From IMG/VR virus record IMGVR_UViG_3300035071_000047: DNA of 64,000 bases; one strand, 5' to 3'. The translations under genes were made by a program, and so were the position numbers. Each line of letters opens with the position of its first letter. Within the stretch, counting starts at the first letter, position 1. This document shows positions 1 to 8,528 of the stretch, one piece after another. The notes beneath the pieces were generated by a model that was given only the letters and a program-made list of their open reading frames with translations, did no database searches and was not told the DNA's origin. This DNA comes from an uncultured virus (IMG/VR IMGVR_UViG_3300035071_000047) (lineage: Duplodnaviria; Heunggongvirae; Uroviricota; Caudoviricetes).

Positions 1-1044
1 GTCGGGCGGCAGCTCGACGTGCTCGACGACACCCTCCTCGTTGATCGTCGTGAGCACGCGGGTGCCGGTCGGGGTGACGCGCCAGCCGACGTTCACCGCG
101 AGGCGCCCAGTTCCACAGGTGTGGACCGCGCCGTCGTCGGGCAGGTCGACGGTCAGGACCGCGTACCACTCATCCTCATGCGACCCGATCCTCCGCAGCG
201 CGACCGCCGCCTCCTTCAGGATGGCGCCCGGTGGCAGCGGGCGGTGCATGACCATCGGCCACGACGCCCACACGGGTGCCTTCTTCGGCCCCTGCGACCC
301 GACGCGCAGGTGCAGGACGGTCCGCATGGCCTGCCGCCGGCTCGCACCGGGCGCACGCGGCCCACCGCCCTTGTCGAGCCACGCGCGCTCGTCCACGGGG
401 TCGATCCGGATCTGCGAGTCGGACCCGAAGATCTTCTCGACGGGTAGACCTCCCTGGATCTGCACGCCGACGCGCCCCTCGCCGCTCCAGCGGGAGAAGT
501 GGGGATCGGACGGGTCGGCACCCTCGTAGAGCGGCATCTTGCTCGCCTGCTCCGCGGCGGCCTCGACGAGCAGGTACGTCCCCCAGGCCCCCGCGTGCGG
601 CCCCTGGCTCCCAAGGCCGCTGTAGGCGCGCGCGCTGCGCCGCAGGTCGGCCGCCCTCTGCGCGATCTCGTCGCGCGCCGCCACGATCGTCGGATCTTCG
701 CGGAGCTTGTGGCGCGCCTCCTGGAGCTGGCGGCGCGCCGCGGACCGCGCCGCGCGCGCGGCGGCGAGCGCGGACCTCATCTCCTGCGACTCCGACCGAG
801 ACCGCGTCTTGGCGCGTGTCTTGAGGACGACCTGCAGCGCGACGTTCATCGCCGCGTCGGCCGCCTCGTAGGCGGCGAGCAGAGCGGGGACGTCGCCCGC
901 GGAGCTCTCGGCCAACCGGACGGCCGCGCGGCGACCGCGCTCGATCTCGATCAGGGTGTTGTAGTAGCGATGCGCGAGCCTCATCTGCTCGCGGACGAGC
1001 GTCGTGTTCGGGGCCAGTAGGCCGTATCGATAGACTCGAATCAT
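1..1044 (-). CDS. cas12m: Cas12m-like (type V-M / V-U1, TnpB-derived) CRISPR effector, N-terminal 348 codons; 3' end lies outside the window
   Basis: Hand translation (absent from the ORF track): MIRVYRYGLLAPNTTLVREQMRLAHRYYNTLIEIERGRR... long Ala/Arg helical hairpin ...AWGTYLLVE...FSRWSGEGRVGVQIQGG...LHLRVGS...PVWASWPMVMHRPLPPGAILKEAAVALRRIGSHEEWYAVLTVD...GRLAVNVGWR. This follows the Cas12m motif order as recalled (EQLWLAH, YWASFN, RFDGSGTIAVQLQ, VHRWLP, VALHLGWR). AAGGAG RBS at 1056-1051; alternative ATG at 1050. Adjacent to a repeat array. Confidence 0.85.
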   Translation of the reverse strand, partial: MIRVYRYGLLAPNTTLVREQMRLAHRYYNTLIEIERGRRAAVRLAESSAGDVPALLAAYEAADAAMNVALQVVLKTRAKTRSRSESQEMRSALAAARAARSAARRQLQEARHKLREDPTIVAARDEIAQRAADLRRSARAYSGLGSQGPHAGAWGTYLLVEAAAEQASKMPLYEGADPSDPHFSRWSGEGRVGVQIQGGLPVEKIFGSDSQIRIDPVDERAWLDKGGGPRAPGASRRQAMRTVLHLRVGSQGPKKAPVWASWPMVMHRPLPPGAILKEAAVALRRIGSHEDEWYAVLTVDLPDDGAVHTCGTGRLAVNVGWRVTPTGTRVLTTINEEGVVEHVELPPD

Positions 1045-1069
1045 GATCATCTCCTTATGTATGCGTCTC

Positions 1070-1314
1070 GTCGAGACATTTCAAACCGTCTCGATGGTTC
1101 TAGAGGACATCGTCCCACGTCGAGATACCAAAACCGTCTCGCTAGTTCTGCGACCGCGTCCATGAGTCGAGACATCCAAACCGTCTCGCTGGTTCTGTAA
1201 CTGGTTCAGGCATTCCTGCGCGCCTGGAACTTGTCGAGACTATCAAACCGTTTCGCTAGTTCTGAGAGCCTTGCACTGGACGGGTCGATACGCCCAAACC
1301 GTATCGCTGGTTCT
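1070..1314 (-). CRISPR. Degenerate CRISPR mini-array: 5 repeats (31-32 nt) and 4 spacers (17, 16, 36, 20 nt)
   Basis: Repeats at 1070-1101, 1119-1149, 1166-1196, 1233-1263, 1284-1314. Minus-strand consensus AGAACYAGCGAGACGGTTTGNNNGTCTCGAC has a CGAGAC/GTCTCG stem followed by 3' AC, like Cas12m repeats. Spacers are unique. Confidence 0.88.
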
Positions 1315-2120
1315 TACTCCTCGAATGGGTCCACCTTCAAGCTATCGACCATCTTGTCGAACTCCGTCGGGTCATTCTCGACGACGACGAATCGTCGCCC
1401 TAGCTTGCGGGCCGCGTGCGCCGTCGTTCCCGAGCCGGCGAACGGGTCGAGGACCCACTCGCCAGGATCCGTGTGCACCTCGATCGGCACCTCCATGAGC
1501 CGCTGCGGCTTCTGGTTCACGTGCGTCTTGCCGCGCAGGATCTCCGTCACGTCGGTCCACACGTTCGTGCGGCGCAGGAACTCGCTCTTGGCAGGATGCT
1601 CAGGATCGTAGCCGGCGTAGCCACGCTTCTCATCGAGCAACGGGACCGTAAACTTGCGCGGCTTCTTGTGGTCGCCAAGAACGAGGTACGCGAGCTCCTC
1701 GCGCGTGAAGAGGTAGCCCCACTGGATGCCGTACGCGCGCTTCTTCTTCCACGTGATGGGCGTCGACAGTGCGTAGCCCGTCTGCAGCTCGACCTCGACG
1801 AGGTAGCGGAGGAACGGTCGAAACGGAGGTGTCTTGCCGTCGCGCGGCAGACCGACGCCTCCCCAGCAGTACAGGGCCGATCCAGGGAGGCTCATGTCCT
1901 GGATACGCTGAGTCCAGTTGATCATCCACGCGCAAAACTGCCGGTCGTCGACGTCGATCCGGTCCCACGTCTCGTCAACGATGTTGCCATACGGTGGGTC
2001 CGCGATCACGAGCGGGAGCGGTCCGGCAGTGTCGGAGACGAGTCGCAGGACGTCCGGGTCGGGAAACGCTCCACGGATGGCGATCCCGTCGCCGAAGGAC
2101 ACGCGCATCGGGCTAGTCAC
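1314..2120 (-). CDS. DNA methyltransferase, N6-adenine/N4-cytosine (beta class)
   Basis: IADPPYG catalytic motif precedes HVNQKP and VLDPFAGSGTT (SAM-binding). Confidence 0.9.
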   Translation of the reverse strand: MTSPMRVSFGDGIAIRGAFPDPDVLRLVSDTAGPLPLVIADPPYGNIVDETWDRIDVDDRQFCAWMINWTQRIQDMSLPGSALYCWGGVGLPRDGKTPPFRPFLRYLVEVELQTGYALSTPITWKKKRAYGIQWGYLFTREELAYLVLGDHKKPRKFTVPLLDEKRGYAGYDPEHPAKSEFLRRTNVWTDVTEILRGKTHVNQKPQRLMEVPIEVHTDPGEWVLDPFAGSGTTAHAARKLGRRFVVVENDPTEFDKMVDSLKVDPFEE

Positions 2121-2337
2121 GGCGCTTCGGCTCCAGCGTCGTCCACCACGCGTGCCCGCAGTCGAGGCACGTCATGTTGGTGAGCGTGACGACGTGGTAG
2201 CCGCGACGGACGCGGCGCTTCGACTCGCGCTGCGGCGCGTTCGGGACGACGCGACACCCGAGAATCGACGAAGTCTTGCCATATTGGCCGCGCCGACACT
2301 TCGGGCATTTGGTGGCGATGGGACGACCGGTGGTCAC
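2113..2337 (-). CDS. Small zinc-ribbon protein
   Basis: CPKC...CLDCGH; overlaps neighbouring genes. Confidence 0.55.
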   Translation of the reverse strand: MTTGRPIATKCPKCRRGQYGKTSSILGCRVVPNAPQRESKRRVRRGYHVVTLTNMTCLDCGHAWWTTLEPKRRD

Positions 2338-2557
2338 GCGTACCTCGACGCGCGCGACCAGTCCACCGTGCGCCTGCGGCGGCGGAGTAGCTCCGGGTGC
2401 TCGCCCGGTATCCAGAAGAGACCGATCGATCTAAACCCGCTTCCGCTCAGGAACGCGCGAGCCTCCTCGAGATCTCGGAAGCGCGGCTTGCCGTTTGGTC
2501 GGGTCGCCCACGCGCCGGCGGGACACCAAGTCGATCGTCTCGCGGGTCGACGGGTCG

Positions 2558-2884
2558 TCACGACTTCACCGGATCCGGTAACTTGAGCACCCTGCGTATC
2601 GCGGGCTCGTCCTTCAGTTCGAGCGCCAGCGCGGCCTGGTCCTCCGCGTCGACCGTCTCGTCGAACTCGCCGTCGATGACGCGCGCGGCGACGGTGTTGA
2701 GCGAGGCGTCGCGAAGCGCGTCGACGAGGGCGCATTTTGGTGCGGCGTGCTCGCTCTTGAAGTCGTGGAACTCCCCGGCGCGGGCGCGATCGCAGATCGA
2801 CCGGATTTTGTAGACCTTGGTGGCGCCGCACGACGGGAGGAGTGCCTCCAGCTCGGCGACGAGGTCGGTGCGCGTGTCCTTCAC
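2558..2884 (-). CDS. Hypothetical phage protein
   Basis: GTG start overlapping the upstream stop; normal composition (GEFHDFKS...IDGEFDET). Confidence 0.6.
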   Translation of the reverse strand: MKDTRTDLVAELEALLPSCGATKVYKIRSICDRARAGEFHDFKSEHAAPKCALVDALRDASLNTVAARVIDGEFDETVDAEDQAALALELKDEPAIRRVLKLPDPVKS

Positions 2885-3156
2885 CTGCACTCCTTGATCT
2901 GTTTGAGGATCGCCGCGATCGCCGGGTGCTCGTCGCTCGGTAGCGCGGCGCCGCCCTTGTACCTGACGGCCACCACGCGGCACCGGACCAGGATGTCGAT
3001 CATCTCGTCGATGTCGCCGACCGACGTCGCGATCGGGAAGGAGTCGTCGCCGATGACGACCGTGACGTCCGCCTCGCGCTTGTCGCCGCAGGACAGGGAG
3101 ACCTCGAGCTCGCCGTCGTCGGTCTCCCACTCGGTGTGAAAGTCGGGGCGGATCAC
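2881..3156 (-). CDS. Hypothetical protein
   Basis: Coupled ORF, MIRPDFHTEWETDDG. Confidence 0.55.
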   Translation of the reverse strand: MIRPDFHTEWETDDGELEVSLSCGDKREADVTVVIGDDSFPIATSVGDIDEMIDILVRCRVVAVRYKGGAALPSDEHPAIAAILKQIKECR

Positions 3157-3710
3157 CAGTGCTCCCGCCCCCAGTCGCCGAGCCGCTCGTCCATCTGCGC
3201 CTCGGTCTCCGGGTTGAGATGGTGACCCTCTACCATCGTCAGGTAGAACTCGCGCCATCGCTTCCTGAAGCGCTCGTCGGGATGCTTGAATCCGAGGATC
3301 TGCGCGCCGTGCATCAGGTGGTTCAGGTAGTGCGAGGCGAGCTCGTCGCGGTTGTCCATGAATCGCTTCACGGCTTCCGCCCACTGCGCGTCGTCGGCGA
3401 AGACGTCGAGGCTCATGAACGTGTCGGCGCGCTCGCCCCACTCGAGCAGGCGGCCATACTTGCCGGCTAGGAACACGCACGCGCGGTAGGCGATGCAGAT
3501 CGGCTTGCACGCGTGGTGCTTCGCGACGCCGTCCGGCCCTCGAGCACCGAGGAACAGAACGCTCTGCTGTTGCAGCGGTAGAGCGATGCACCACGCAGGC
3601 TGGACGGAGACGGCGCGACTCGTCGCGGACGGCAGAGCGCCGGGTCGGTCCGGGTCCACGCCGGGGCAGACCAGGATCATCGGGATCGGAGTCGTCTCGG
3701 TGGTCGTCAC
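3153..3710 (-). CDS. Hypothetical phage protein
   Basis: Motif-rich ORF (QQSVLFLGARGPDG, HLMHGAQILGFKHP, HLNPETEAQMDERLGD); GGAGG RBS. Confidence 0.7.
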   Translation of the reverse strand: MTTTETTPIPMILVCPGVDPDRPGALPSATSRAVSVQPAWCIALPLQQQSVLFLGARGPDGVAKHHACKPICIAYRACVFLAGKYGRLLEWGERADTFMSLDVFADDAQWAEAVKRFMDNRDELASHYLNHLMHGAQILGFKHPDERFRKRWREFYLTMVEGHHLNPETEAQMDERLGDWGREHW

Positions 3711-3981
3711 GACCCCTCCATCTTCTTGAGGTAGAGGATCTCGGACGTGACGAGCCCGGCGAACGCGAACCACGGGTTCGTCCTCTCGTCGTCGGTTGAC
3801 TTTTGGAGGAGCCGGTGGAGGCTCTTGAACGCGCCGTCGAAGTCGCCCTTCAGGATGTCGCGGCAGATCATCTTGGGGACTGCCGTCCCAGTCCCGTTCG
3901 CCGTGTCGATCTGTCCGCCGGCGACGGCGATGCGCATGATGGCGTCCCACCGTCGGTCTACCGCGTGGTCGTCCGCGACCT

Positions 3982-4524
3982 TCACGACCCGCCCCGCTTT
4001 GCCGTGCAGGTGTCCGCGGCCGCATCGAGCCCATCGCGCACGACCTGCTTGATCAGCGCGATCGCGGCGCGCTCGTCGCCGCCTCGACTCATGTTCATGT
4101 GGACGAGCGTCGCGACGCGTAGCGCGCGTTCGTCGTCGGTGGTAGCGGGGACGCCCGACTGGGCGTCGACGAAAGCGCCAGCAGCGGCGCCGCGAAGCGA
4201 TATTTTGGCCATGGTCTCCTCCTGGAACACGCATCCTCGATCGAATCGGTGGGCGGCGCGCGTGCGACGGCACGCGACGCAGAGGTCTTGGAGTGGCGAT
4301 CGGTTTCTCCACGGGCAGGCGCACACGTCGTCTGCCTCGGGGTCCGGGTCGAGCGGCTTGTAGCAACCGTACGCGTCGCGGCCGATCCCGCCATCTCCGA
4401 AGCAGATCGGCGTGTCCCAGTGCATGAGACCGCGCTCCTTGAGGCAGTACCCGCACCCGCACTCGCACGAGCCGCCGTACTCGCAGCTCCCGTGAGTGCC
4501 GTTGCAGTGGAAACCATTGCCCAT
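3982..4524 (-). CDS. Cys-rich hypothetical protein; possible internal start at 4212
   Basis: Many CxC/CxxC motifs in the N-half; GGAGGAG RBS before the in-frame ATG at 4212. Confidence 0.45.
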   Translation of the reverse strand: MGNGFHCNGTHGSCEYGGSCECGCGYCLKERGLMHWDTPICFGDGGIGRDAYGCYKPLDPDPEADDVCACPWRNRSPLQDLCVACRRTRAAHRFDRGCVFQEETMAKISLRGAAAGAFVDAQSGVPATTDDERALRVATLVHMNMSRGGDERAAIALIKQVVRDGLDAAADTCTAKRGGS

Positions 4525-4536
4525 TCTCAGCGATCC

Positions 4537-4845
4537 TCAGCTTCGCGACGCCGCTATCCTGCGACCGACGGCCAGCTCGACCGAGATGACCATCGGGGTT
4601 CCGCAGATCGGACACGGCCTGTCGGCGCAGACGTCGACGCGCTCCTTCGCTACACAGTTATCCACGCGTTCCTCCGCCTTCCAGTATCGCTGAAGCGCCT
4701 TCAGGTGTCGTTCGCTCATCTCCTCAGCACTCTTCCTCTTCTCACGCTCGCGTTGCCACTGGAGTATAAAATAGGTAACAGCGAGTGTGGACGCGACGAA
4801 CCACACCATCAGCATGATCCCGGCGATTGTAGTGATCTGGATCAT
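4537..4845 (-). CDS. Membrane-anchored protein with CPICG motif (paralog of 5316-5642)
   Basis: N-terminal hydrophobic helix; PCPICGTPM. Confidence 0.6.
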   Translation of the reverse strand: MIQITTIAGIMLMVWFVASTLAVTYFILQWQREREKRKSAEEMSERHLKALQRYWKAEERVDNCVAKERVDVCADRPCPICGTPMVISVELAVGRRIAASRS

Positions 4846-5312
4846 AACGGCTTTCCGCTCGGGTGCCCCGCGTTCCACGCGCGCACGAAGTTGTCCGCGA
4901 TCTCTCTGACCGACTTTGTGATCGCGTCGAGATCGTCGCCGCGATGTCTGCCGACGCGAACGAGCAAGCTGTAGTAGCGCCGCTTCGTGACGGCCATCTC
5001 GGGCCGGAAGTCAGCCGGCCCGTCGCCGAAATCGATCGCCTCGCCGACCTCGTAGGGGAGGCTCACCAGCAACGGGTCGACGTCTCCACACTTGGCGACC
5101 TGTTCGACGAGCTGCAGGGCGGCCACGAGGAACACGCGGCAAAATCTCCTGCGATCTGCGACCGCCGTCGCCACGGACGGGATCTCTTCCTCCGTCGTCG
5201 ACACGACGAAGCTCGCTGTCGGCGACCCGTCCGTGAATCGCACGAAGAGTTTCATTGGCGTATCGACGCCCGCTACGGCCCCGCGAAGAGTGATTTCTTT
5301 GGCCACGATCAT
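4842..5312 (-). CDS. Hypothetical protein
   Basis: Coupled ORF in the operon. Confidence 0.55.
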   Translation of the reverse strand: MIVAKEITLRGAVAGVDTPMKLFVRFTDGSPTASFVVSTTEEEIPSVATAVADRRRFCRVFLVAALQLVEQVAKCGDVDPLLVSLPYEVGEAIDFGDGPADFRPEMAVTKRRYYSLLVRVGRHRGDDLDAITKSVREIADNFVRAWNAGHPSGKPL

Positions 5313-5315
5313 CTC

Positions 5316-5642
5316 CTACTTCTTGCTCGACTCGGTCGCGTCCCGCGGTGGTGTCATGACGATCGCGACCAATGTTCTGCGCCTGCGCACGGCAAGGTCG
5401 ACGGCGAAGTCCATCGGCGTTCCGCAGATCGGGCACGGCTGGTCGGAGGAGGGAGCACCTACGGCCTGTCGTCGACGCGCGTCGCTTCGACTTTCTTCAT
5501 CTCGGTACGACTGGACCGCCTCCTCGGCGTCCTGTCGCCGTCTACGCTCATCCAGCCATGCGAAGAGTAGGATGGTGGCGACGATCGTCGCGACAACGAG
5601 CCAGATCTGAATGAGGATCGCGTCGGCGACGGTGAGTGTCAC
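5316..5642 (-). CDS. Membrane-anchored protein with CPICG motif (paralog of 4537-4845)
   Basis: N-terminal hydrophobic helix; PCPICGTPM. Confidence 0.6.
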   Translation of the reverse strand: MTLTVADAILIQIWLVVATIVATILLFAWLDERRRRQDAEEAVQSYRDEESRSDARRRQAVGAPSSDQPCPICGTPMDFAVDLAVRRRRTLVAIVMTPPRDATESSKK

Positions 5643-6235
5643 AGCGCCTCCCCACTCTCTCGGTCGAAGGCGCGGCGAACTAGATGCGTGAGCAGCTTCC
5701 AGCTCTCCTGGCTCCCGTCGTATCGGAAGACGCGTCCGTGGTGGCGCGAGCCACCATCGGCGAAACTCGTGTTCCACGGCTGCGCGACGCAGACGACGAG
5801 GCCGTTCGGGCGCTTCGTGAGCCACGGTAGGAAGTACTCGGGCCAGTCGTCGACGAGGACGCGGCCGTACATGATCGACTTGTCCTGCGTGACGGTGACC
5901 GGCGTGCCCGGCAGGTGCGTCTGCGCCCACTGCAGCTTCTCGCCCCACGCGCTCGGGGCACCCGCGGGCCCTTTGGTCAGCACCATGAGGGAGAAGCCGA
6001 CCGTCTTGAGGTGGTGCGCGACGGTCATCCCGAGCGGGTGCTCGGGCAGGTCGCGCCAGAAGCCGGGGACCTGCTGGATCAGCTTCCGTCGGGCCGTCAC
6101 GTACGATGGCTCGTCGTCGCGATCGTAGGGTGACTCGATCGGCGCGCGGATGAAGGCGAGTCGCTCGCGCATGCCGCGGTCGTAGTCGACGACGGTGCCG
6201 TCCAGGTCGATGAGGGCGATCTTGTCGGTGTCCAT
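5639..6235 (-). CDS. HAD-superfamily 5'(3')-deoxyribonucleotidase-like protein
   Basis: LIDLDGTVVD motif I, GFWRDL, EKLQW, DKS...VLVDD, QPWN. Confidence 0.8.
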   Translation of the reverse strand: MDTDKIALIDLDGTVVDYDRGMRERLAFIRAPIESPYDRDDEPSYVTARRKLIQQVPGFWRDLPEHPLGMTVAHHLKTVGFSLMVLTKGPAGAPSAWGEKLQWAQTHLPGTPVTVTQDKSIMYGRVLVDDWPEYFLPWLTKRPNGLVVCVAQPWNTSFADGGSRHHGRVFRYDGSQESWKLLTHLVRRAFDRESGEAL

Positions 6236-6447
6236 CGTTCGCTACTTCTCCGGATTCGGCGTACTGGGCCAATCGTACGTCTTGCCGTCCATCTTCAGTC
6301 CGATCAGCTCCGTCGATCCCATCCCGACCGCAAACATGACAGCGAAGCGCGCGTACGCGAGCGCGTCATCGTGGTTGTCGCCGTCGAATTTGTCGCCGTA
6401 GGCGAGGCAGAAGAGCACGCGCTCACGCGGATCGGTCGGGAGCGGTC

Positions 6448-6669
6448 TCATGGGCCCACTCCACTTCCGCCGCACGTCGGGCACGGGTGTCGCTTCTTGA
6501 ACGCGAGGACGAGCTCGGCGCGCGAGTGGACGCCGAGCTTCGTGTACGCGCGACGCAGGAGCGTTCGCGTCGTGGCATAGGCGATGCCCAGCTCCGCGGC
6601 CATCTCCTTGTCGGTCTTGGCTTGCTGTAAGAGGCGGACCAGGTCGAGCTCGCGCGGCGTGAGCTTCAC
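6448..6669 (-). CDS. LuxR-type HTH regulator with C-terminal CxxC
   Basis: LTPRELDLVRLLQQAKTDKEMAAELGIAYATTRTLLRRAYTKLGVHSRAEL. Confidence 0.85.
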   Translation of the reverse strand: MKLTPRELDLVRLLQQAKTDKEMAAELGIAYATTRTLLRRAYTKLGVHSRAELVLAFKKRHPCPTCGGSGVGP

Positions 6670-7370
6670 GGCGTCCTCACGTACGGCTTGCACCGCTCGA
6701 GGACGTCGCGCACGAGGGCCAGATCGAATCGGTCGTTGTCGTCCCGGACGCCGCTCTCCATGTCGATCCAGGTGACGTGGTCGTGACGTACGCTCTTGAT
6801 GAGCGATTCGACGGTGGATGGTCTGATCCCGCCCGCGAACCCCATGCTCACGTCACGCGCGGGCCAGCTCGTTGGATAGACGGCCTCGATGCCACGGCCG
6901 GCGGACGCATCGAGGAGGATGGACGCGCGTCCACCTCCGGCTTGGATCGCACGGACGTCCTGCGCGGCGATCTCGAGCAGGGCCTCCTCGCGGACTTGAA
7001 GGATGAACTCGAAGAAGCGTATCCAGCGAGGCGCGATCGCCACGAGTCCGAGAGCGGGCGGCGCGTAGCCGTTCACCTGGACGCGTTGGAACGGGACGCG
7101 TCCCGTGACTCCGGCGCGATTGACCTGGAGCATCAGGTAGTCGTCGCGCCCGTTGAGCGTGCCGCGCGCGCTCGCACCGCAGAGGTGAAGCGACGTTCGC
7201 ATCTCCGGCAGCGAGTCGATCCACTCCTGGCTCGGGTAGCGCGGCGTCCCGTGTCGCTTCTCGGAGTAGAGGATCCCCCACTCGACGAACGGGAACGCGT
7301 GAGTCAGCGCGAGGAGCGAGTTTGGGTCGACGCGGTCGTCGGCGCCGGAGATGGTGACGCGGGAGATCAT
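6666..7370 (-). CDS. TIM-barrel protein of phosphoribosylanthranilate isomerase-like type seen in large phages
   Basis: VTISGAD, FPFVEWGIL, RYPS, SLHLCG, LLDASAGRG, GFAGGI, WIDMESGVR. Confidence 0.75.
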   Translation of the reverse strand: MISRVTISGADDRVDPNSLLALTHAFPFVEWGILYSEKRHGTPRYPSQEWIDSLPEMRTSLHLCGASARGTLNGRDDYLMLQVNRAGVTGRVPFQRVQVNGYAPPALGLVAIAPRWIRFFEFILQVREEALLEIAAQDVRAIQAGGGRASILLDASAGRGIEAVYPTSWPARDVSMGFAGGIRPSTVESLIKSVRHDHVTWIDMESGVRDDNDRFDLALVRDVLERCKPYVRTP

Positions 7371-7999
7371 TCGCCGACCACTTCGTGCGAGATCGGTTCA
7401 CCGTGCTCGTTCTTCGGGTGCGACGGATCGGTCGCGTGTGCGCCGCAGAGCGCGCTCGGGAAAGTCTCGCCCGCGCCGACCTCCCACGTGATGGCTCGGT
7501 CGCGGCAGTCGAGCTTGAAGCACGTCGGGAACAGGTCTGGCCTCAGCGGAGACGGCTTCGCCCACTGGAGCGAGCCGTGCGGCGACGTGCCCGGATACAT
7601 GCTTCTGATCGAGATGTTGACCTGTTTTCCAAACATAGGCTCCACCATCTCCGTGACGATGTTATCGAGTTCATCGAAGTCGCCTCGCGACGAAACGTCG
7701 GGATTGCTCAGCGCCGTTCGGATCCTGGATTCGTACGACTTCCACTTTTCCACGATCTGCTGCGCGTCGTCGCGGGCCTCCACGATCGACATGAGCTCCC
7801 GGAACCTGGATCCCATGCTGTGGTTCGGACCGCAGGCGGCGATGCGGACCTGGCGGCCGAGCGCGCGCCACTGAGTCTCGCCTGTCTTGAGTCGATCGAT
7901 CTCGGCGAGCAGCTCCTGAGCTTCGTGGCCGCGGAGGTCGCCGTACGCAGCCTGCTTCCGGAGGCTCGCGAGACGTTCGTCAGAGATTCGTTCTTTCAC
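7367..7999 (-). CDS. Hypothetical protein
   Basis: GGAGG RBS and GTG start; coupled to neighbours. Confidence 0.55.
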   Translation of the reverse strand: MKERISDERLASLRKQAAYGDLRGHEAQELLAEIDRLKTGETQWRALGRQVRIAACGPNHSMGSRFRELMSIVEARDDAQQIVEKWKSYESRIRTALSNPDVSSRGDFDELDNIVTEMVEPMFGKQVNISIRSMYPGTSPHGSLQWAKPSPLRPDLFPTCFKLDCRDRAITWEVGAGETFPSALCGAHATDPSHPKNEHGEPISHEVVGE

Positions 8000-8216
8000 C
8001 GCGCACCTCCCACGTAGCGACCAACCGGCTTGCGCCGGTACTGGCTCTTCTCGTGCGTCGCGGCCCTGGCGTGCCCGAGATCCACAAGTGCATCGTCGAG
8101 CGCGACGCAGAGCGCCGACCCCGGGCGCACGTAACGCGTCAGCAGGTTGTCGATCGACGACATCACGCACTCGATCTCGGCCTGCGCGAAGTCACGCGAC
8201 GATCGCTTGGACATCG

Positions 8217-8528
8217 TCACGCGACACCTCCCTTAACTGCGGATTCAGGCTTCCAGATTTCCAGCTCCAACGCGAGGTCGTCGGCTCGCTTCTTCTGCTT
8301 GACGGCGTCGTCGACGGCGACCCTAAGGCTAGCGCGCAGCTTTTCCACTTCTGCACGCAGAGTCTCAATCTCCGACTGTGATTTGATGAAAACCATCGCG
8401 TGCCCATTCGGGCAGAACATGGCATCTCCAGTCTCTCTCCGCTTGAGCACGATTCGTTTCAAGAAATGGAATCGGATCCCGCAGTAGATGCAGTCGATGT
8501 GCTCAAGTTCGTTGTCCGCGTCGACCAT
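8217..8528 (-). CDS. Zn-ribbon plus coiled-coil protein
   Basis: CIYCG...FCPNGH followed by a heptad segment. Confidence 0.6.
   Translation of the reverse strand: MVDADNELEHIDCIYCGIRFHFLKRIVLKRRETGDAMFCPNGHAMVFIKSQSEIETLRAEVEKLRASLRVAVDDAVKQKKRADDLALELEIWKPESAVKGGVA

Noticed and set aside
19..1020. Plus-strand ORFs listed in the track over 19-1020
   Set aside because: They are shadow frames of the minus-strand Cas12m-like gene, which has an RBS and recognisable motifs.
1102..1283. Self-targeting of spacers within this window
   Set aside because: A by-eye search found only partial matches of about 9-11 nt (for example near 18196 and 43631), as expected by chance in GC-rich DNA. A computational search is still needed.
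1231..1611. 126-aa plus-strand ORF crossing the array
   Set aside because: It is antisense to the MTase and runs through repeats, with no RBS or protein-like features.
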